From: Cylindrospermopsis raciborskii Cr2010
GTDB taxonomy: Bacteria > Cyanobacteriota > Cyanobacteriia > Cyanobacteriales > Nostocaceae
Length of the DNA stretch: 32,000 nt
NCBI RefSeq assembly: GCF_003367075.2
Contig: NZ_CP065936.1
Span: forward strand, 1,020,001-1,052,000
Direction: 5' to 3'
In this document: positions 27,609 to 32,000 of the stretch, piece after piece
How the letters are laid out: every line of letters starts with the position of its first letter
How positions within the stretch are numbered: the stretch's first letter is position 1
Program-made: the position numbers and the translations under genes
The notes under the pieces: model-generated
Seen by the model: the letters and a program-made list of their open reading frames with translations, nothing else
Databases searched by the model: none
Told to the model about the DNA's origin: nothing

Positions 27609-28901
27609 ATGAGCAATATTTCCCGCAGAAAATTTCTGATCACATCTAGTGTAACAGCAGCGACAGCAATAGTAGCACATGGTTGTTCATCTGACAACTC
27701 CGGGTCAGGAACAAACTCGTCAACCCAAATTAGTAATACAGCTAAAGTAGAAACCACTAAGGCCAAATTGGGATTTATCGCTCTAACGGATTCAGCTCCC
27801 CTAATTATTGGTAAGGAAAAGGGTTTTTTTGCCAAATATGGCATGACAGATGTGGAGGTTAGCAAGCAAAAATCTTGGCCAGTGACTCGTGACAACCTGA
27901 AAATTGGTTCATCAGGGGGTGGCATTGACGGTGCACACATTCTCAGTCCCATGCCATACTTGATAACCATTAATGATAAAATACCAATGTACATATTGGC
28001 GAGGCTAAATACTAATGGTCAGGCCATTTCTGTGGCTGAAAAATTCAAACAGATAAAACTTGGCTTAGACAACAAAGTCCTTAAGGAAGCAGCAAATCAA
28101 GCAAAATCTGCACAAAAACCCATCAAACTTGCCATTACCTTCCCTGGGGGTACCCACGATTTATGGATGCGATATTGGTTAGCTGCTGGTGGGATTAATC
28201 CTGACCAAGATGTCATATTAGAACCAGTTCCACCACCACAAATGGTAGCTAATATGAAAGTGGGTACGGTGGATGCTTTTTGTGTGGGTGAACCGTGGAA
28301 TGCGCAATTGGTCAGTCAAAAATTGGGTTACTCAGCTTTAGTAACCGGAGAATTGTGGAAGGATCATCCAGAAAAAGCCTTCACCATGAGGAAAGATTGG
28401 GTTGATCAAAATCCCAATGCAGCACAAGCATTATTAATGGGCGTTTTGGAAGCACAACAATGGTGTGAAAAAGATGAAAATAAAGCAGAAATGTGTGAAA
28501 TATGTGCTGATAGAAAATACTTTAATGTTGCAGTTGGTGATATTTTAGAACGGTCTAAGGGAAATATTGACTATGGAGACGGTCGCAAGGTAGAAAATTT
28601 TCCCTATCGAATGAAATTCTGGGCTGATAATGCTTCCTACCCCTATAAGAGCCATGATATTTGGTTTTTGACCGAGGATATTCGTTGGGGTTATTTACCC
28701 CGGGATACGGATGTTAAAACCATTGTTGATCAGGTAAATCGAGAAGATTTGTGGAAAAAAGCGGCCACAGCTTTAGGAGTTCCTGCAGCGGAAATTCCTA
28801 CTAGTTCATCGCGAGGGGTAGAAACATTTTTTGATGGGGTGAAGTTTGACCCAGAAAAACCAGAAGAATATTTAAACAGTTTACCCATTAAAAAGGTCTA
28901 G
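27609..28901 (+). CDS. nrtA: Nitrate/nitrite ABC transporter substrate-binding lipoprotein
   Basis: VAHGCSSD lipobox, 'KLGFIALTDSAPLIIGKEKGFFAKYGMTDVEVSKQKSWPVTRDNLKIG' typical NrtA; synteny with nirA. Confidence 0.95.
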   Translation: MSNISRRKFLITSSVTAATAIVAHGCSSDNSGSGTNSSTQISNTAKVETTKAKLGFIALTDSAPLIIGKEKGFFAKYGMTDVEVSKQKSWPVTRDNLKIGSSGGGIDGAHILSPMPYLITINDKIPMYILARLNTNGQAISVAEKFKQIKLGLDNKVLKEAANQAKSAQKPIKLAITFPGGTHDLWMRYWLAAGGINPDQDVILEPVPPPQMVANMKVGTVDAFCVGEPWNAQLVSQKLGYSALVTGELWKDHPEKAFTMRKDWVDQNPNAAQALLMGVLEAQQWCEKDENKAEMCEICADRKYFNVAVGDILERSKGNIDYGDGRKVENFPYRMKFWADNASYPYKSHDIWFLTEDIRWGYLPRDTDVKTIVDQVNREDLWKKAATALGVPAAEIPTSSSRGVETFFDGVKFDPEKPEEYLNSLPIKKV

Positions 28902-28988
28902 TCCGCGAGCAATTCTGATATGGGGTGGGGGAGTTATGGGAGACACAAAATCACAAGACCAATTTCCACAATAAGGAGCAAGAAGAAG

Positions 28989-29840
28989 ATGGCCGTGGGG
29001 GTAACAAATCAGAAAATTAGCACTAAACGACAAAAAGCAATTAAAACAATTAACAAATTTTTAGTGCATAAGGTATTACCACCACTATGTGGACTAGTTA
29101 TATTTTTGATGTTGTGGCAATTACTCTGTTCCATTCCCGGATTTCAATTACCAGGTCCTTTAGAAACTTTTGTTGAAACCTGGGATCCCTTTATCATTAA
29201 GCCATTTTTTGACAATGGTGATAGCGATAAGGGCTTGGGTTGGCAGATTTTGACCAGTCTAGGGAGAGTGGGCTTGGGGTTTTCTCTAGCTACCATTGTG
29301 GGTGTTTTTCTGGGCATATTAATTGGTGCCAATAGGTTTTTATATAATGCGGTAGACCCTATTTTCCAGGTACTAAGAACTATCCCACCCCTAGCTTGGT
29401 TACCTATTTCCTTAGCAGCTTTTCAACAAGCCAATCCTTCGGCGATCTTTGTGATTTTTATCACTTCAATTTGGCCAATTTTAATCAATACAACCGTGGG
29501 AGTACAAAATATTCCCCAAGACTATGTCAATGTGGCTCGTGTTTTACGGTTACGTCAGGCCAAATATTTTTTAAAAATAGTTTTCCCAGCCACGGTTCCC
29601 TATATTTTTACCGGACTGAGAATTGGTATTGGGTTATCTTGGTTGGCTATTGTAGCTGCAGAAATGTTGGTAGGTGGTGTGGGTATAGGTTCATTTATTT
29701 GGGATGCCTATAATACTACCACGGATACCAATTTGAGCGAAATTATTATTGCCCTAATCTATGTGGGAATAGTGGGACTGATGTTAGATAGAACAGTGGC
29801 TTTTATAGCTGAGAAGATTGTACAAAAAGAACAAAAATAA
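28989..29840 (+). CDS. nrtB: Nitrate ABC transporter permease; ORF track start 28920, likely start 28989
   Basis: '[63 protein letters not shown]' NrtB pattern; synteny. Confidence 0.93.
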   Translation: MAVGVTNQKISTKRQKAIKTINKFLVHKVLPPLCGLVIFLMLWQLLCSIPGFQLPGPLETFVETWDPFIIKPFFDNGDSDKGLGWQILTSLGRVGLGFSLATIVGVFLGILIGANRFLYNAVDPIFQVLRTIPPLAWLPISLAAFQQANPSAIFVIFITSIWPILINTTVGVQNIPQDYVNVARVLRLRQAKYFLKIVFPATVPYIFTGLRIGIGLSWLAIVAAEMLVGGVGIGSFIWDAYNTTTDTNLSEIIIALIYVGIVGLMLDRTVAFIAEKIVQKEQK

Positions 29841-29865
29841 CTTTTACCATAATCACCAGGAGACC

Positions 29866-31839
29866 ATGAATACCTTTGTAGAAATTGACCATGTAGATAA
29901 AATATTTAACCTCCCTTATGGTGGTAAATATATTGCTTTGAAAAATATTGAGTTAAAGGTTAGTCAAGGAGAATTTATTTCTCTCATCGGTCATTCTGGC
30001 TGTGGTAAATCCACTCTATTGAATATTATTGCTGGTCTAGATCAAGCCACTATTGGTGGAGTGACCTTAGAAGGTCGAGAAGTGAGAGAACCTGGTCCAG
30101 ATAGAATGGTAATTTTTCAAAATTACTCCTTACTTCCCTGGTTAACAGTTGAGGGAAATATTGCTTTAGCAGTAGATGAGGTCCATCAGGATCTATCTCT
30201 AGGAGAACGCCAGAAAATCATTGCAGAACATATTGACTTAGTAGGGTTACGTCGTGCTGCTAAAAAACTTCCCGGTCAATTATCTGGGGGGATGAAACAA
30301 CGAGTGGCCATTGCTCGTGCTTTAGCTACCAGACCAAAATTGTTATTGTTGGATGAACCTTTTGGTGCTTTGGATGCTCTAACCAGGGGTAATTTGCAAG
30401 AGCAATTAATGAAAATTTGTAATGAATATAAAATTACCTGTGTGATGGTAACACATGACGTAGATGAAGCACTATTATTAAGTGACCGAATTGTGATGTT
30501 AACCAATGGACCAGAAGCACACATTGGACAAATTTTAGAAGTACCCATTCCCCGTCCCCGACAAAGATTAGAGGTAGTTGAACATCCCAGTTATTACAAT
30601 CTGCGGAATCAAATGATCTACTTCCTCAACCAACAGAAACTGGCAAAACAGCGTCAAAAACAAACCATATCACCAGTTCTGATTTCCACCAATCAACCAG
30701 AAAAAGTTCACTTACAAATCGGTTATCTTCCTATCACCCAAGCTGCACCTTTAATCATTGCCCAAGAAAAAGGTTTTTTTGCAGAATGTGGTTTACAAGT
30801 GAACCTAATACCTGAAAAAAATTGGCAAGATATTGCCCAAAGTGTAGCTAGTGGTAAGCTGGATGCTGCTCAAATGGTTGCTGGTATGCCATTAGCCATG
30901 ACTCTAGGTGCTATGGGAAAAACACCGACTCCCATGGTAACAGCAATGACTCTATCTCGCAACGGTAGTGCTATTACTTTAAGCCAAGAACTACGGGCAA
31001 ATGGTGTAAGGAATGCTGCAGATCTAGAAAAAACAGTCAACACTGATCTTGACAAAACTTACACTTTGGGAGTTGTTCATCCAGCATCAATGCAAAATTT
31101 GTTATTGCGTTATTGGTTAGCAGCAAGTGGTATTGAACCAGATAAGGATGTCAAATTAATAGTAATTCCACCGGATGAAATGGTTGATTTTATCCAGGAA
31201 AGAAAAGTAGATGGTTATTGTGTTAGTGAACCCTGGAATACCTGTGCTGTTGAGCAAAATCTGGGGTTTATTATGTTGCCCACTTCAGATATTTGGCAGG
31301 GACATGTAGATAAAATACTAGGAGTCACAGAAGATTGGTCTCAACAATATCCTCAAACACATTTAGCCTTAGTTAAATCGCTCCTAGCAGCTTGTGAATA
31401 TTGTGATGATATTCGTAATGAGTCAGAAATTGTCAGTCTAATTTCTCAACCTCAATATATAGGTGATCATCATGTAAATTTACGCTCTGAATTATTAGAA
31501 AGTTATCAAAGTAACTATCATCGACATTCCCAAACTTCCCATCAGTTTTATCTGCACCAAGCCAACTATCCCAACCGTCATGAAATGCTCTGGATCCTTA
31601 CCCAATTAGCTCGGTGGGGTTTTATTGCTTTCCCTAAAAACTGGGTAGAAATAATTGACCGAGTTTGTCGTCCAGATATTTTTGGTGTAGCTGCAAGAGA
31701 AGTGGGCATTTTGGATATTGGTAGGGAAGAATCCATTCAGTTATTTGATGGTAAAACATTTAATCCCTCTCAACCCCTAGAATATCTCACAGGTTTAGCC
31801 ATTAAATCTCGGGTGCGAGTTGAAGAAGCTCTGGTTTAA
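29866..31839 (+). CDS. nrtC: Nitrate ABC transporter ATP-binding protein with C-terminal NrtA-like domain; ORF track start 29818, likely start 29866
   Basis: ABC motifs [37 protein letters not shown], followed by NrtA-like '[32 protein letters not shown]'. Confidence 0.95.
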   Translation: MNTFVEIDHVDKIFNLPYGGKYIALKNIELKVSQGEFISLIGHSGCGKSTLLNIIAGLDQATIGGVTLEGREVREPGPDRMVIFQNYSLLPWLTVEGNIALAVDEVHQDLSLGERQKIIAEHIDLVGLRRAAKKLPGQLSGGMKQRVAIARALATRPKLLLLDEPFGALDALTRGNLQEQLMKICNEYKITCVMVTHDVDEALLLSDRIVMLTNGPEAHIGQILEVPIPRPRQRLEVVEHPSYYNLRNQMIYFLNQQKLAKQRQKQTISPVLISTNQPEKVHLQIGYLPITQAAPLIIAQEKGFFAECGLQVNLIPEKNWQDIAQSVASGKLDAAQMVAGMPLAMTLGAMGKTPTPMVTAMTLSRNGSAITLSQELRANGVRNAADLEKTVNTDLDKTYTLGVVHPASMQNLLLRYWLAASGIEPDKDVKLIVIPPDEMVDFIQERKVDGYCVSEPWNTCAVEQNLGFIMLPTSDIWQGHVDKILGVTEDWSQQYPQTHLALVKSLLAACEYCDDIRNESEIVSLISQPQYIGDHHVNLRSELLESYQSNYHRHSQTSHQFYLHQANYPNRHEMLWILTQLARWGFIAFPKNWVEIIDRVCRPDIFGVAAREVGILDIGREESIQLFDGKTFNPSQPLEYLTGLAIKSRVRVEEALV

Positions 31840-31877
31840 ATAGGGAGGCACAATTATTTATAGGTACCCGTGCGGGC

Positions 31878-31940
31878 GTTGGGTTTCATACTTCAACCCA
31901 ACCTACGTTCATCTTATATTTAACTCCACCCACCCACTTA
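31878..31940. repeat. Dispersed intergenic repeat, copy B (inverse orientation to copy A; inverted repeat GTTGGGTT-N9-AACCCAAC at 31878-31902)
   Basis: Reverse complement TAAGTGGGTGGGTGGAGTTAAATATAAGATGAACGTAGGTTGGGTTGAAGTATGAAACCCAAC matches 7446-7515 apart from a few substitutions and a 7-nt indel. Confidence 0.85.
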
Positions 31941-31970
31941 AGACTGAATTAACTAAATTAAAATTAAAGG

Positions 31971-32000
31971 ATGAAAGTCATGACCACATTGAATCTCCCC
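31971..32000 (+). CDS. Start of the next gene (MKVMTTLNLP...), probably nrtD, truncated by window end
   Basis: In-frame ATGs at 31971 and 31980 downstream of nrtC; identity inferred from conserved nirA-nrtABCD order only. Confidence 0.4.
   Translation, partial: MKVMTTLNLP

Noticed and set aside
29396-29713. 105-aa second-frame ORF inside nrtB
   Set aside because: Overlapping frame inside a conserved permease gene.
1-32000. CRISPR arrays, tRNA or rRNA genes
   Set aside because: No regularly spaced direct repeats and no cloverleaf or rRNA-like sequence were noticed. This is a by-eye negative and should be confirmed with tRNAscan/CRISPR tools.

Overview
This is a cyanobacterial chromosomal window, probably from a heterocystous (Nostocales-like) genome. 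From left to right it holds: (1) a sensor histidine kinase cut by the left edge; (2) a minus-strand NrtA/TauA-type ABC transporter operon ending in a stand-alone 'allophanate hydrolase-related' domain; (3) a DNA phosphorothioation (Dnd) locus at about 4.67-13.55 kb; (4) an MFS permease, small membrane proteins, a GNAT acetyltransferase and a HEAT-repeat protein; (5) ndhD, metH, an amidase and proA; (6) a TnpB (IS200/IS605) remnant; (7) a stand-alone Rieske protein divergent from a nirA-nrtA-nrtB-nrtC-(nrtD) nitrate/nitrite operon that carries a textbook NtcA-activated promoter. The most interesting region is the Dnd locus. It has dndB, dndC, dndD and dndE but no dndA and no recognisable dptFGH. 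A second three-gene operon beside it encodes a 62-aa ORF, a 689-aa DndD/Rad50-like SMC ATPase with a single CxC half-hook, and a dnd_assoc_4-like protein. This operon is a candidate alternative effector for phosphorothioate-dependent defence. Assignments come from motif and sequence recognition only; no database search was run.
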